From: Candidatus Anstonellaceae archaeon | GTDB lineage: Archaea > Micrarchaeota > Micrarchaeia > Anstonellales > Anstonellaceae | Length of the DNA stretch: 64,000 nucleotides | Assembly (NCBI GenBank): GCA_038891055.1 | Contig: JAWAEU010000006.1 | Span: forward strand, 974 to 64,973 | Reading direction: 5' to 3' | Part shown: positions 46,323 through 56,444 of the stretch, in pieces | Numbering within the stretch: position 1 is the stretch's first letter | Layout of the letters: every line of letters begins with the position of its first letter | The notes under the pieces: generated by a model | The model's input: only the letters and a program-made list of their open reading frames with translations | Databases searched by the model: none | What the model was told of the DNA's origin: nothing | Translations under genes and position numbers: made by a program

Positions 46323-47114
46323 TTAATCAACATCATTTAGACCAAGTAACTGGCGAATTTCTTGGGCCTTTTGAAAAGATAAGTCAATTAGATCCAATAA
46401 TTGATTTTTTGAAAATCCGCCTCCCTTTGATTTTTGCACGGCACATACATGGTTAGAAGTTGTTGTGATAGTAATAAGTGGGCTTAGAGAAATTTCCTCA
46501 TCAAATGTTGGATCCAAGATAATATGTTCTTCTATCTTTCCAAAAGTACAACTGATAGGACAGCTATAGGTAGGAAGTTTTTCCACTCGCTCCTCATAAA
46601 TCAATTTATCTCCTTCCAGTTTTGGCATAAAAGTATTTTTTAATGCTACGACTGAGGCTATAGTTGAAGCATCAAACAAATTTCCATCATAGTCAATTAT
46701 CCACAAATCTAAATAGATAGTTTTTACCAATTCTGGATTAGGTGTAGTAAGCTTTTTTAGATCAACAATACCAGAGGATCTAATTCCCCTATCAACTACC
46801 CTTGCAAGTTCTATAGAATCTATAGAAGGAGGACCTGGCTCAAAATGAGAGGCTGCAATAGGAGTAAATTCTGCATTTGTAGAGAGTATTCCCTCATCCG
46901 GCCTATCTGGAAAAGGCTGAGAGAGGCCAATCTTTATTGCTGCCAATACTTGGGTATTTCCCAACCTACAAAAAGCAGAACCTTCTGCGTTTTCAATAAT
47001 ATTTTTTTCTACTTCTATTTTTCTGTATTGAAGTTTTCCCCTTCCATCTGCTCTTTTTCCTTGTTTTAAAAGATTTTTGATAAGTTCTCCATTTATTTCC
47101 TTAATAATCTCCAT
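46323..47114 (-). CDS. rrp42: Exosome subunit Rrp42
   Basis: GKRADGR, AEGSA..RLG.T.V, ELARVVDRGIR, DGNLFDA. Confidence 0.95.
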   Translation of the reverse strand: MEIIKEINGELIKNLLKQGKRADGRGKLQYRKIEVEKNIIENAEGSAFCRLGNTQVLAAIKIGLSQPFPDRPDEGILSTNAEFTPIAASHFEPGPPSIDSIELARVVDRGIRSSGIVDLKKLTTPNPELVKTIYLDLWIIDYDGNLFDASTIASVVALKNTFMPKLEGDKLIYEERVEKLPTYSCPISCTFGKIEEHIILDPTFDEEISLSPLITITTTSNHVCAVQKSKGGGFSKNQLLDLIDLSFQKAQEIRQLLGLNDVD

Positions 47115-47134
47115 AAATTCACCCAACAAATAGA

Positions 47135-47905
47135 CTAAACCTTCTGCAGAGGCATGTTTAGATTTATAAATTTTTCGCTTTCTTCTTTATTGAAAATCTC
47201 TTCTAGTGCTTTAAGTTGCAAGGAATGAACCTTTTTAACTGCACTAAAAGCCAAGTCCAACCCTCTTTTAATTTCCTCTTTGGTTAATAAGCCATCCATT
47301 TGATAGAGAAGTATTTGTTCATCCCTCATACTAATTGCTATTGGGTTATCTGACTGACCAAAATTGTCTTCATCTTTCGATAAATCTAAAACAACAGTAT
47401 TTTCAATTTTACCTACAGCTACTGCAGCTACCATATCTTTAAGAGGGATACCTGCATCTGCCAAAGCAACAGAAGTAGCTGTTACTGCTGCACATCTAGT
47501 CCCACCATCAGATTGTAATACATCTATAAATATATCAATTGCTGTTTTTGGAAAATTTTCAGTTATCACTACTTTTTCAAAAGTTTCTCCTATAATTTTT
47601 GAAAGCTCTAAGCTCCTTCGAGATGGGCCGCTCTTTCCATGTTCTCCTAAAGAACAAAAGGGGGCCATGTTATATCTACATCTCAACTGAGCTTTATATG
47701 GGGAGGATTCATGCTTTGGAATGCACTCCCTTGGCCCATAGACTGCAACTAAGATCTTATTTTTTCCCCATCTAATAAATGCAGAACCATCAGCATTATT
47801 TAAAACCCCTGCCTTTATTGAAATTGGTCTTAATTCATCTATTGCTCTTCCGTCGATTCGCCTACCTTGTTCATCTAACAATTTTGGAATATTTTTCCCT
47901 TCCAT
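47135..47905 (-). CDS. rrp41: Exosome subunit Rrp41
   Basis: RIDGR..DELRP, ADGSA..WG..K, Y.MAPF, DGGTRCA, D....ED. Confidence 0.96.
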   Translation of the reverse strand: MEGKNIPKLLDEQGRRIDGRAIDELRPISIKAGVLNNADGSAFIRWGKNKILVAVYGPRECIPKHESSPYKAQLRCRYNMAPFCSLGEHGKSGPSRRSLELSKIIGETFEKVVITENFPKTAIDIFIDVLQSDGGTRCAAVTATSVALADAGIPLKDMVAAVAVGKIENTVVLDLSKDEDNFGQSDNPIAISMRDEQILLYQMDGLLTKEEIKRGLDLAFSAVKKVHSLQLKALEEIFNKEESEKFINLNMPLQKV

Positions 47906-47910
47906 TATTT

Positions 47911-48675
47911 TCACCTTCTTCTAAATTGTCTTTTTTTAAATCCGATATTTGAAAATTTATGAAAACTTTTTTGTCCCTGCACAAATTTTGTCGAATAACT
48001 ACTCTCTTTTTTAGCTGGTAAATTTGGAGTAGAAGAATGTTGAATCTGCTCAAGTGAAATTTTCTTATTTGTTTGTTTTTCTAAAAATTGTGCAACCTTT
48101 TGTGTAAGTCCAGAAATATGAGCTTGAAGTTCTATCATTTTTATAGCTTTAATTGCTGTAAGATAGTCTCCTGAATGTGAAACAAATACTAAACCGTTCT
48201 TTCCTACATAAATTTTGCAATTAGTAGCAAAAGAGACCATATTAACCATAGAATTTTTTTTACCTATAATTCGAGGTATTTTTACTGGAGAAACTTTAAC
48301 TAAAATTCCTCCTTCTAGTGGTCTGGCATCTCCCAATTCAATATCTCTTACTTCATTTACGCTAACTATTTTGGCAATTATAACTTCTCCTAAAGAAAAC
48401 TTTTGATTTTCTTGTGGATTTAGTCTATCTATTGGTAAAAAGGCTTTGTAGGGCCCATTTAAATCTACTTCGTAGCCACCAAACTTTACATCACTTATTT
48501 TGCCTATTACATAATCATCTACATCTGGCTGATATGGGCCCTCGAGAGGTATTAATTTTCCATCCTCTGTTTGAAGGCTTATTACTGTTGCATAAACACC
48601 CTTTTCATTAGAATAGGTAAGGGCATTTTTTTGCTCTTGGCCAACTTCCTGGCCAGGCAACAATATTTTAGACAT
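47911..48675 (-). CDS. rrp4: Exosome subunit Rrp4
   Basis: IPLEGPY.P...D.VIG S1 domain; KIPRIIGKK.SM and G.NG KH domain. Confidence 0.93.
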   Translation of the reverse strand: MSKILLPGQEVGQEQKNALTYSNEKGVYATVISLQTEDGKLIPLEGPYQPDVDDYVIGKISDVKFGGYEVDLNGPYKAFLPIDRLNPQENQKFSLGEVIIAKIVSVNEVRDIELGDARPLEGGILVKVSPVKIPRIIGKKNSMVNMVSFATNCKIYVGKNGLVFVSHSGDYLTAIKAIKMIELQAHISGLTQKVAQFLEKQTNKKISLEQIQHSSTPNLPAKKESSYSTKFVQGQKSFHKFSNIGFKKRQFRRR

Positions 48676-48686
48676 TTTTTCACCTT

Positions 48687-49379
48687 TTATTCCAAAACTT
48701 TTGTTTGCGCAGAACCAGCAGTCAATTTATTTAGCTTTTCATAAAATTCACCAGCAAGACCTGCTGGAACACTAATAACACAAATAAAATCACCACTGCT
48801 TGTCCATTCTTCTTTTTCTATTCCATAATTTTTTAAAAATCCATAAATCTTTTTTGCATATTCTGGACTTATTTTAATTGCTATTTTTCTTTTCATAAGC
48901 TTTATTGGGAGAATCAGCTTAATAGCGTCTAAAACAACTGGTACTTGCTCTGCTGCATCTTTTAGAGGATCGATGTTAACTTTTGCCTGCTCAACTGCTT
49001 GGGTAATTCTCAAAATCGTGTGAGGAGCACCTGTTCTGGGATCTATTGCTTGTTGGGCTATAAGAGAAATTATTTGATCTCTTTTTTGTTCTATGAGCTT
49101 TCTTTTTTGCTCAGTAGTTAGTGAAATTTCTCCCTCTGTTAAAATTAATTTAGTTATTTCAAAAATATCCTCTGTTCCAAAAAATTTTTTTATATCTGCA
49201 CTCTTATGTCTCTCTCCTTTTTTTGCGTCTTTGTATACCTCTTCTACTACTAAAATATTATTGAGATCCTTTTTTTGACCTAATCTGTACAATAAAGCCA
49301 AATCAGGATCCACTAAAATTTCAAAACTTTCTCCTCCTTTTTTTATTTTAGCAACAATGGCTTTATCCAAGCTTGTCAT
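48687..49379 (-). CDS. Ribosome maturation factor SBDS/Sdo1
   Basis: FEILVDP, VYKDAKKGE, LTTEQKR, IDPRTGAPH. Confidence 0.95.
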   Translation of the reverse strand: MTSLDKAIVAKIKKGGESFEILVDPDLALLYRLGQKKDLNNILVVEEVYKDAKKGERHKSADIKKFFGTEDIFEITKLILTEGEISLTTEQKRKLIEQKRDQIISLIAQQAIDPRTGAPHTILRITQAVEQAKVNIDPLKDAAEQVPVVLDAIKLILPIKLMKRKIAIKISPEYAKKIYGFLKNYGIEKEEWTSSGDFICVISVPAGLAGEFYEKLNKLTAGSAQTKVLE

Positions 49380-49388
49380 TTTTTAACC

Positions 49389-50099
49389 TTATTGCTTTAA
49401 ATACTTTTCAATTTCCTTTTCTTGTAAAAAAACAAACTTTTTGGTAGAAACACTACAAGTTGCAATCTCAATATTTTTAGTAGTTGGTTTTAATTCTGAA
49501 TTCTTTTTTAGTGCCTCCAAAGCTAATGAAACTGCGCTTTCTAACTTAATTTTCTCGTCATATTCCTTTTCTAAAAATTCCTCTACTTCTTTCTTATCAG
49601 CACCAATAGCACATGCTAAATACCCGGTTAGAGCACCAGATGGCTCTGCTTCAAATAGTTTTGGTTTGTCATCTATGCCTGCTATTAAAAGAGAAACACC
49701 AAATGGCCTTACCCCTCCATATTGAGTATAAAGTTGCATCAAGTCACAAAGTTCTTTTGCTACTGCTTCTACAGTTATTTTTTCTCCATAAGCTAAATGA
49801 TGGCGTTGGGCTTCCACTCTAGCATTATCTATAAGTCGTCTTGCATCTGCAATTAGACCTGCTGCCGTAGCACTAATATGCTCATCTATTTCAAATATTT
49901 TTTTCATGGAGTCTGGAACTAAAAGTTTTGAAACTGTACTTTTATAAGCTACTAAACAAACTCCATCTTGTGCTACTATACCTATTGCAGTTGAACCTCG
50001 TCTAACTGCTTCCTTTGCATATTCTACTTGAAACAATCGTCCATCTGGAGAAAAAATGGTAATGGCCCTATCATAGGCCTGAGTTGCAGCAGGATACAT
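49389..50099 (-). CDS. psmA: Proteasome alpha subunit
   Basis: YDRAITIFSPDGRLFQVEYA, GGVRPFGVSLL. Confidence 0.98.
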   Translation of the reverse strand: MYPAATQAYDRAITIFSPDGRLFQVEYAKEAVRRGSTAIGIVAQDGVCLVAYKSTVSKLLVPDSMKKIFEIDEHISATAAGLIADARRLIDNARVEAQRHHLAYGEKITVEAVAKELCDLMQLYTQYGGVRPFGVSLLIAGIDDKPKLFEAEPSGALTGYLACAIGADKKEVEEFLEKEYDEKIKLESAVSLALEALKKNSELKPTTKNIEIATCSVSTKKFVFLQEKEIEKYLKQ

Positions 50100-50250
50100 A
50101 AAAACACCCCTTAACCTCTTATTTTTTTAATTAAAGTAGGATACAAAATCCTTCCTCTACACTAATATATTTGCTTAAATATTTTAAAATGTTAATGTTA
50201 GATCTTGGTTTTAGTTAATAGTTTTTATTTTATTTGTATAATAAAAATAT

Positions 50251-51204
50251 ATGGAACATATCCAACAGAGCGAGGAACTTTTATCCGGAGAACAGAAAGA
50301 TGAAAAAATAGAAGAGCAAATAAAACAAAAAATAAAAGAATACCACTATTTAATCACAGAAGAACATGCAAGATATTTGATAACGAATGAAAAAAAAATC
50401 GTAGAAAAAAAAGATATAAAAAGCGCTAAAAATAGCATTTATCCGGTCGAACTAGAAGGAGTAGTAAAAAAAGTATATTTGACAAAAAAAATTGAAAAAA
50501 ATAATAAATTATTTGTTAGTCAGAGAATTTTACTACAAGACCAAAGCGATGAGGCAATTGTGCTTTTTTTTGATCTATTGGCAATAGAGGTAGCAAATAA
50601 AATAATGACTGGAGATACTATTAGAATAAAGCCCCTAAGATATATTAACGAAGAATTTAGAGCTTCTGGAAGTACTACAATAAAGGTTATAAAAAAGGCC
50701 CCTCTAAGCCCGCTTAAAGAAGGAGTGAGAGGAAATTTTGAAGGTGAAATAATTAAAATAATTCAAAAAAAATATAAAACACAAAACGGAGAAGAAAAAA
50801 AATTAATTAAGATAACTCTAAAAATTGGAAAAAAACAAGTAAATGTAAATATTTGGGAAGCTGATGAAGAGATCGAGAAAAAATTATTTGAAAAAAGCAA
50901 GATAAGAATCGAGGGAGGAATTGTAAAAAATGGAGAGATAAATCTAAATAAAAATTCTAGGTTGCTTTATATATATTTACACAAGCCAAAAATAGAATTG
51001 CAAAGCTACCAGATTTTAGAAAATAAAGTGATACTAAATACAACTGCTGGAAAATTAATATTTAATAATTTGGAGAAGTTTGCACAATATATAGGTTTAA
51101 AAAAATTAGCAGGAGATATCGAATTAAAAAAAGTTTTAAATATAAAACTCTCTAACATGATTGGCAGCCAGATCCCTAGCAATTATATAGAATATTTAAA
51201 ATGA
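50251..51204 (+). CDS. RPA-like multi-OB-fold ssDNA-binding protein
   Basis: N-terminal helical K..E...LITEE.A motif followed by two OB-like repeats (L.D.S.....LFF; GD.I.I; V..NIW). Confidence 0.65.
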   Translation: MEHIQQSEELLSGEQKDEKIEEQIKQKIKEYHYLITEEHARYLITNEKKIVEKKDIKSAKNSIYPVELEGVVKKVYLTKKIEKNNKLFVSQRILLQDQSDEAIVLFFDLLAIEVANKIMTGDTIRIKPLRYINEEFRASGSTTIKVIKKAPLSPLKEGVRGNFEGEIIKIIQKKYKTQNGEEKKLIKITLKIGKKQVNVNIWEADEEIEKKLFEKSKIRIEGGIVKNGEINLNKNSRLLYIYLHKPKIELQSYQILENKVILNTTAGKLIFNNLEKFAQYIGLKKLAGDIELKKVLNIKLSNMIGSQIPSNYIEYLK

Positions 51205-51208
51205 AAAA

Positions 51209-51847
51209 TTATTTGCTCTGCCAAATGTAGATGTCCATATAACCTACATATTGCTGTGTGCTAGTACCACTTCCAAAAGGTGAAAAAGAACTATAAACAA
51301 CTCTTCTTACTTTAAAAACATCTTCTGCATTAGTTGGTTTTAAACCAAATTCCTTTTTTAGATTGCATGACTTTTGACCAGAGGAAAAAGCAGCTAAATT
51401 ATAAAGACAAATATCAACATAAAAATCTAAATAAGTGCCAAATAAAGCTTTTAGACTTTTATAATAAGGGTCATCTTTTTGATTAACTAGATAAAGTTTA
51501 GGAGTGTTAAACGTAGGTCTGTTAGCAGTTGTAAAACTACCTTCATAAACTAATTTGTTCTTAAAACCTTTTGCTCCCAAACCTGCCTTAGCTGCACTTT
51601 CTGGCTCATCATACCAATTTACATAATTAGTTTTTGTAGACTTTCCAGAGACATTATAATCCCCTTCGCTTATTAAAAGCTCTGAAAGCCGTATCGCCTC
51701 AGAATAAAGAAAATCTTTTTGGGCACTACTTTGGGATTTTATGGCATGCCAATAATTTAATAAAACAGAAAAACTAAACAAAAAGATGACAACAGCAACT
51801 AACACATCTGCTGAAAAATATTGTCCTTTCTTTTTATTTTTAGCCAT
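51209..51847 (-). CDS. Type IV pilin-like protein (class III signal peptide)
   Basis: KKKG|QYFSAD followed by a hydrophobic helix. Confidence 0.75.
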   Translation of the reverse strand: MAKNKKKGQYFSADVLVAVVIFLFSFSVLLNYWHAIKSQSSAQKDFLYSEAIRLSELLISEGDYNVSGKSTKTNYVNWYDEPESAAKAGLGAKGFKNKLVYEGSFTTANRPTFNTPKLYLVNQKDDPYYKSLKALFGTYLDFYVDICLYNLAAFSSGQKSCNLKKEFGLKPTNAEDVFKVRRVVYSSFSPFGSGTSTQQYVGYMDIYIWQSK

Positions 51848-52342
51848 TCACTCTACCTCAATTTTATTTGAGCTATAATTTAAAAAAACCCAACCATTAG
51901 AAGGATCTATAATCAAAATATTAGAAGATTTTATGCACGATGGATTTAGGGTTGATGAAGACTTACAAACAAAATTTTTAAATCCGATTGGATAGGAAAA
52001 CATTGGTTCATCCTCTTGAGAAAATGTTTGCCCAGAGGGGTTTTTGTAAACAATATAAAGCCAACCATTGTTTGAAATTAGAATATAATAATCTTTTTTA
52101 GCACCAGCTGAAGAAAAAATGGAGGGGGGAAGAGTTATGTTAATACTACTTCCCTCCCCAGAATTAACTAATAAAAGAAAATAGTTACCTATTTGCTCAG
52201 CTGCTCCTCTTGCCCTCAGATATTGTTGGTTTTTTAAATCAGTATTAAAAGCGTTGAACAAATAGAAAGATAAAGTTATTAAAAAGACTAAAAAGAGACC
52301 CACATATGCAACTATTTCAGCTGTGATTTGTCCTCTTTTCAT
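51848..52342 (-). CDS. Type IV pilin-like protein
   Basis: KRG|QITAE followed by a hydrophobic helix. Confidence 0.8.
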   Translation of the reverse strand: MKRGQITAEIVAYVGLFLVFLITLSFYLFNAFNTDLKNQQYLRARGAAEQIGNYFLLLVNSGEGSSINITLPPSIFSSAGAKKDYYILISNNGWLYIVYKNPSGQTFSQEDEPMFSYPIGFKNFVCKSSSTLNPSCIKSSNILIIDPSNGWVFLNYSSNKIEVE

Positions 52343-52345
52343 TTT

Positions 52346-52903
52346 TCACTCCCTTTTTATTAGGATATAATTAATTTGTGTGTTTGAATTTAGAATTTTC
52401 TCAGAAGTATAAGTAAAAGACACACTAACAAGCCCTGAAGGTAGATATATTTCATTTGGAGAGTTCTTGTAGTTAATACTTGAAGATGGCTCGAGAGATG
52501 AAGAGAGAAGATTATTTGATATAGGACAAGGACAATAATCAACAAAAGTTTTTTTTAGACCATAAAACTCTAATTCTGCAACTATTTTTCTAGACTCTTT
52601 GTCACTTGGATCTATAAATAATTTAATTGATGGAGAACCACCAGAGCCAACATACAGTGCCTTTAGTCCTGTTGGAAAATATAATATAGCTCTTTTAGAA
52701 GTGTTAGGTCCTGAATACCAAACCTCTGCGGCATTATCACAAATCTGGTTAATTAAATTTAATGTTTGATATTCAGAAATTGAAAACAAATTTTCAGAAG
52801 AAAATATAAAAAAATAAAATATTAGTGGAACTAACATAACAGTAATAAAACCCAAAATTATTAGAGACTCAGAAGCTGCTTGAGCTTTCAACACAACATT
52901 CAC
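52346..52903 (-). CDS. Type IV pilin-like protein
   Basis: KA|QAASE followed by a hydrophobic helix; VWYSGP..S. Confidence 0.8.
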   Translation of the reverse strand: MNVVLKAQAASESLIILGFITVMLVPLIFYFFIFSSENLFSISEYQTLNLINQICDNAAEVWYSGPNTSKRAILYFPTGLKALYVGSGGSPSIKLFIDPSDKESRKIVAELEFYGLKKTFVDYCPCPISNNLLSSSLEPSSSINYKNSPNEIYLPSGLVSVSFTYTSEKILNSNTQINYILIKRE

Positions 52904-54747
52904 CTACAATCTTTAGATAATTGACCAGGCAATAGAGGTAAGGTAAGATCAACTAACATATATCTTGAAGTTGGGTTATCAGAATTATTAGTTAAACAAA
53001 ATCTTCCAGTAGAATTATAAAAGGAATCTAAAGAATTATATAAAGATGGACTTTTTAGACCAGGCATGCCCTTTATGAAAACTCCACTGCAATAAAAGCT
53101 AGGAAGTGGTAAATTATCAGAAAGTAAAAAATGATAGTCCAACCTAGAAGAGTATTCTGCTTTCTGATTTAGATTATAAATAGACGAGAGATAACCTCCT
53201 GCCCAAGCTCCAACATCAAAACTCTCTATTCCAAATTGTGAGACTGGTTTTGTATCTTTATCGATAGAAGAAGTATAATCAAATGAAGTAAATCTCTGAA
53301 GATAGGATGGGCCATATTTGGATGGCACATAAAAACCGCAAATAGCCATATCTCTTGGTCCATTTAAGTTATATATAGAAGATTTAGAATATTTTTGATC
53401 TTTGTAAGTAAGTTTTATGCCAGTACAAGATGGAGAAGTAAAGTTATAATCTGAGCAAATATCTCCAATACTATATTCTGAAGTTATTAAAACTTCTGGA
53501 AGATTTGACCTTACGCCTTTTTTAATAGAATTTAAATATGGGCGAATGTCATATGGCACAATAATAAATGGAATATCTCTTCTATCAGGATAAGAATAAA
53601 ATGAATAAGTAGTACCTGATATTGTTTGTGTTTGTTTAATGCACCATAAACAATTTTTTTCTTCTCTAATCAGAGGAGAAAGACTAACGGTTTGATAGTA
53701 AGGGAAAACCCCATACAAAATAATTGCCCCAAAATATCTTGACTGTTCTTTTGCTTTCGTGATGTTAGAAGTTGCAAAAATAAATTGGTTTGCTTTTGAC
53801 TTATTATAGATTTTATCCTTATCACTAAATCTACTATAATCAATTGGATCTACTACTACAGGTCCATAGAACCATCCAAGGCCTTGAGAGCCGCTTATAA
53901 CTAATTTGGCGGCTGCATCTTCACTTTTATTATATGCTGAGGAGAAATATATGTTTTTATAAGGTACTTCTTTAGGCCCATAATCAATTGGAATAAAACC
54001 TGTTGGAGGAGGTGAAACTGACGAAGGATCAGAATAAGTATAATTCAATCTTTTTCTATATCTTACTGCTAAATATGGATCTGGAAAACCTTCTATTGAA
54101 ATAGTAGTATTAATTTTTAGATTTTTTGAAATAGAAAAAAATTTTGATTTTAGACTAAAGGGTAAAATGTAGGAAATAGAAAGAGTTTTGTAGTTCAGAT
54201 GTGAAATTGAAAAGTTTTGAATTTCCCCCCAGCTTAAATTAACTCCATATTGTTTAGCCAAATAGGAAGTTTTTTGAAAATAATAATTGAAAGTATATAT
54301 ATTTTCTTCTTTAGCGTAAGAAAAATTTGATTTATAAGGATACAAATAAAAATAACCTCTTGGAGTTTTAGAATTATATTCCACTAAATATCCGGAGGTA
54401 TTTCCATATACCATTAATTCGAAAATAGACATATTTACATATTTTGTTCCTTCCGGATCAGCTGGATCAGCAGAATTAAATTTAATACCATCGATTTTTT
54501 CTGGATGAGTTATTAGCGAATCTGCCAATTTGTACAGTGCAAAAGTTGCATAAATCTTAGTTAATTGCTCTATATTAGTTGGATCAATAAACTGCAGGGG
54601 AAGCTGCATCTGCTCTAACTTAAACTGCTCACTATCTATATCATAATAAATACTCCTTTGTTCTGAAGCTATTGATAGAGAGAGAGCAAATAAGGCTAAA
54701 ATTACTAAAGTAAGACTTATTAATAAAAATCCTTTTTTTATCCCCAT
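52900..54747 (-). CDS. Large pilin-like or adhesin protein (615 aa)
   Basis: KKG|FLLI followed by a hydrophobic helix; large Ser/Tyr-rich ectodomain. Confidence 0.65.
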   Translation of the reverse strand: MGIKKGFLLISLTLVILALFALSLSIASEQRSIYYDIDSEQFKLEQMQLPLQFIDPTNIEQLTKIYATFALYKLADSLITHPEKIDGIKFNSADPADPEGTKYVNMSIFELMVYGNTSGYLVEYNSKTPRGYFYLYPYKSNFSYAKEENIYTFNYYFQKTSYLAKQYGVNLSWGEIQNFSISHLNYKTLSISYILPFSLKSKFFSISKNLKINTTISIEGFPDPYLAVRYRKRLNYTYSDPSSVSPPPTGFIPIDYGPKEVPYKNIYFSSAYNKSEDAAAKLVISGSQGLGWFYGPVVVDPIDYSRFSDKDKIYNKSKANQFIFATSNITKAKEQSRYFGAIILYGVFPYYQTVSLSPLIREEKNCLWCIKQTQTISGTTYSFYSYPDRRDIPFIIVPYDIRPYLNSIKKGVRSNLPEVLITSEYSIGDICSDYNFTSPSCTGIKLTYKDQKYSKSSIYNLNGPRDMAICGFYVPSKYGPSYLQRFTSFDYTSSIDKDTKPVSQFGIESFDVGAWAGGYLSSIYNLNQKAEYSSRLDYHFLLSDNLPLPSFYCSGVFIKGMPGLKSPSLYNSLDSFYNSTGRFCLTNNSDNPTSRYMLVDLTLPLLPGQLSKDCR

Positions 54748-55346
54748 ACTGTTAACCTCAACAAACCTATTTTTACTATCCCTGGATCAAAGGTAGAGCT
54801 TCTTTTTAAATCACATGGCACTTGAGTGCAGTTTGGAAAAGAAGTATAATTTTGAGTAGCAACATCAAAGCCTCTACATTCTACATTACAATAAGGAGAA
54901 TCTCCTACGATTTTTGGCTGGATATAGCTAACTGCTAAAATAGAGGAAGAGGCTGAAACCTTGTTAAAAGAGATATTTCTAGATGGGAGAGTGGTTGCAT
55001 TAAATATCAAATGCCACTGATTATCCTCAAAATCATAAAACTCATATGCATAAGAGTATTGAGGGGGGATCAAACTATTGCTAAGTTCTATAATCGAAAG
55101 AGGAAAAGTACCATAACCATATACCGAAGCAATTGCTTGTGCAACCAAGTTTGAAGATTTATTTTCATAATCCAAAAGAGATAATGAATTTAGAGTATCT
55201 TGAGATAAAAATTTTGCTTGTCTAAAAGAATGAAAATAGCTATATGGAGAATAACTAAGAAAAACAAGATATTGTAATGTAAAAAAAATAATGATTGAGG
55301 CAATGAAAGCATCTAGAGAAAAAATAAAGCCTCTTTTAATATTCAT
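54738..55346 (-). CDS. Type IV pilin-like protein
   Basis: KRG|FIFSLD followed by a hydrophobic helix; C-terminal L.L.VW. Confidence 0.75.
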   Translation of the reverse strand: MNIKRGFIFSLDAFIASIIIFFTLQYLVFLSYSPYSYFHSFRQAKFLSQDTLNSLSLLDYENKSSNLVAQAIASVYGYGTFPLSIIELSNSLIPPQYSYAYEFYDFEDNQWHLIFNATTLPSRNISFNKVSASSSILAVSYIQPKIVGDSPYCNVECRGFDVATQNYTSFPNCTQVPCDLKRSSTFDPGIVKIGLLRLTVWG

Positions 55347-55556
55347 AAATATACTAAAAAAATGAGATTTTTAAAGTTTTAGCTTTAGAAAATTAAAAAT
55401 TGTCAAGTTGAAAAAATTAAAAGATTAGACAAAAAAATCAGAAGGAAAATTAAGAAATTTTGAATTAAATTAACTAGAGCAAAAAAGAAGAAAAAATAAA
55501 AATAATTAAAAGAAAAAAATATAAATAATGTAAAAGAAAGAATAAGTGGTGAAAAG

Positions 55557-55811
55557 ATGCTAAGAGGACAAATATCTGCTGAAATGTTGATTGTATTGGT
55601 ATTAATATTGGGGTTGGTCTTTATAATATATTCACAACTAAGCTCTAATGTAAAGACATTAAGTAAAAGCACTGCTGAAAAAACAGAAAAAATAGTTAAT
55701 ATGACAAAACCAAATCCGCAAAATATTGTATGCCAAATAGATGCAGATTGCCAACAAATAGATCCTGATTGGACTTGTGAAACCCTCACAAACACTTGTA
55801 AGGCTCCATAG
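55557..55811 (+). CDS. Small type IV pilin with a C-terminal four-Cys module
   Basis: RG|QISAE followed by a hydrophobic helix; GGTGA SD; CQIDADC..C..C. Confidence 0.8.
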   Translation: MLRGQISAEMLIVLVLILGLVFIIYSQLSSNVKTLSKSTAEKTEKIVNMTKPNPQNIVCQIDADCQQIDPDWTCETLTNTCKAP

Positions 55812-55835
55812 AAAAAATTTATCCAAGGAAATAAA

Positions 55836-56237
55836 ATGTTTAAATATAAGGCTCAAGTAACAATAGAAACTCTTGTGGTTTTTTTAATCTCGTTGAGCTT
55901 AATTATGATAGCATTAGCTACAGTAAGTATACTTGATAAGAGTCAAAGAAAAATTGCATATAATGGATTGCTATATATGCAAGCAGATCAAATTTTAGAG
56001 TTTGCCAACCAAGCATGCATATTGGGGGAAGGAAATTACTACACACTTAAATTATCCAATATTGGATTGAGTATAACCCAAAAAGACCCTAAGGTTTTAG
56101 TTTTTCAAAGTGGACAAATTAGCACAGAGCGCTCTTTTATCTGTCCAATAAAACTTCTGTGGTCTGGAAGGTATTATTCTTATCTTTATTTATGGTATGA
56201 CGAAGGAGAAATAGTTATTTCTAATAAACCAATTTAG
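55836..56237 (+). CDS. Type IV pilin-like protein
   Basis: KA|QVTIE followed by a hydrophobic helix. Confidence 0.8.
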   Translation: MFKYKAQVTIETLVVFLISLSLIMIALATVSILDKSQRKIAYNGLLYMQADQILEFANQACILGEGNYYTLKLSNIGLSITQKDPKVLVFQSGQISTERSFICPIKLLWSGRYYSYLYLWYDEGEIVISNKPI

Positions 56238-56405
56238 CTAAGTGGGTAACTTTTTTAAAACAAGCCCGATGATTTTTATAAAAAGGACAATTGATAAAAA
56301 AGTTAGTGCTGCTACTTTTGGGTCTACTTTTATACCCCCCATATTAACATTTGGACTAAGACCTAAAATGCCTGCCTGGGAGTATATTTGATTTAATTTT
56401 GCCAT
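56238..56405 (-). CDS. Preprotein translocase Sec61beta (archaeal SecG); absent from the ORF track
   Basis: Hand translation MAKLNQIYSQAGILGLSPNVNMGGIKVDPKVAALTFLSIVLFIKIIGLVLKKLPT; AG..., IK.DP and a single TM. Confidence 0.8.
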   Translation of the reverse strand: MAKLNQIYSQAGILGLSPNVNMGGIKVDPKVAALTFLSIVLFIKIIGLVLKKLPT

Positions 56406-56444
56406 AACTAAATAAGCTCAAAGCAAATTTTTAAATCTCTCCTT

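Noticed and set aside
55403-55795. 130-aa Phe-rich minus-strand ORF
   Set aside because: Antisense to a convincing pilin with its own SD; the Phe-richness simply reflects A-runs on the plus strand.
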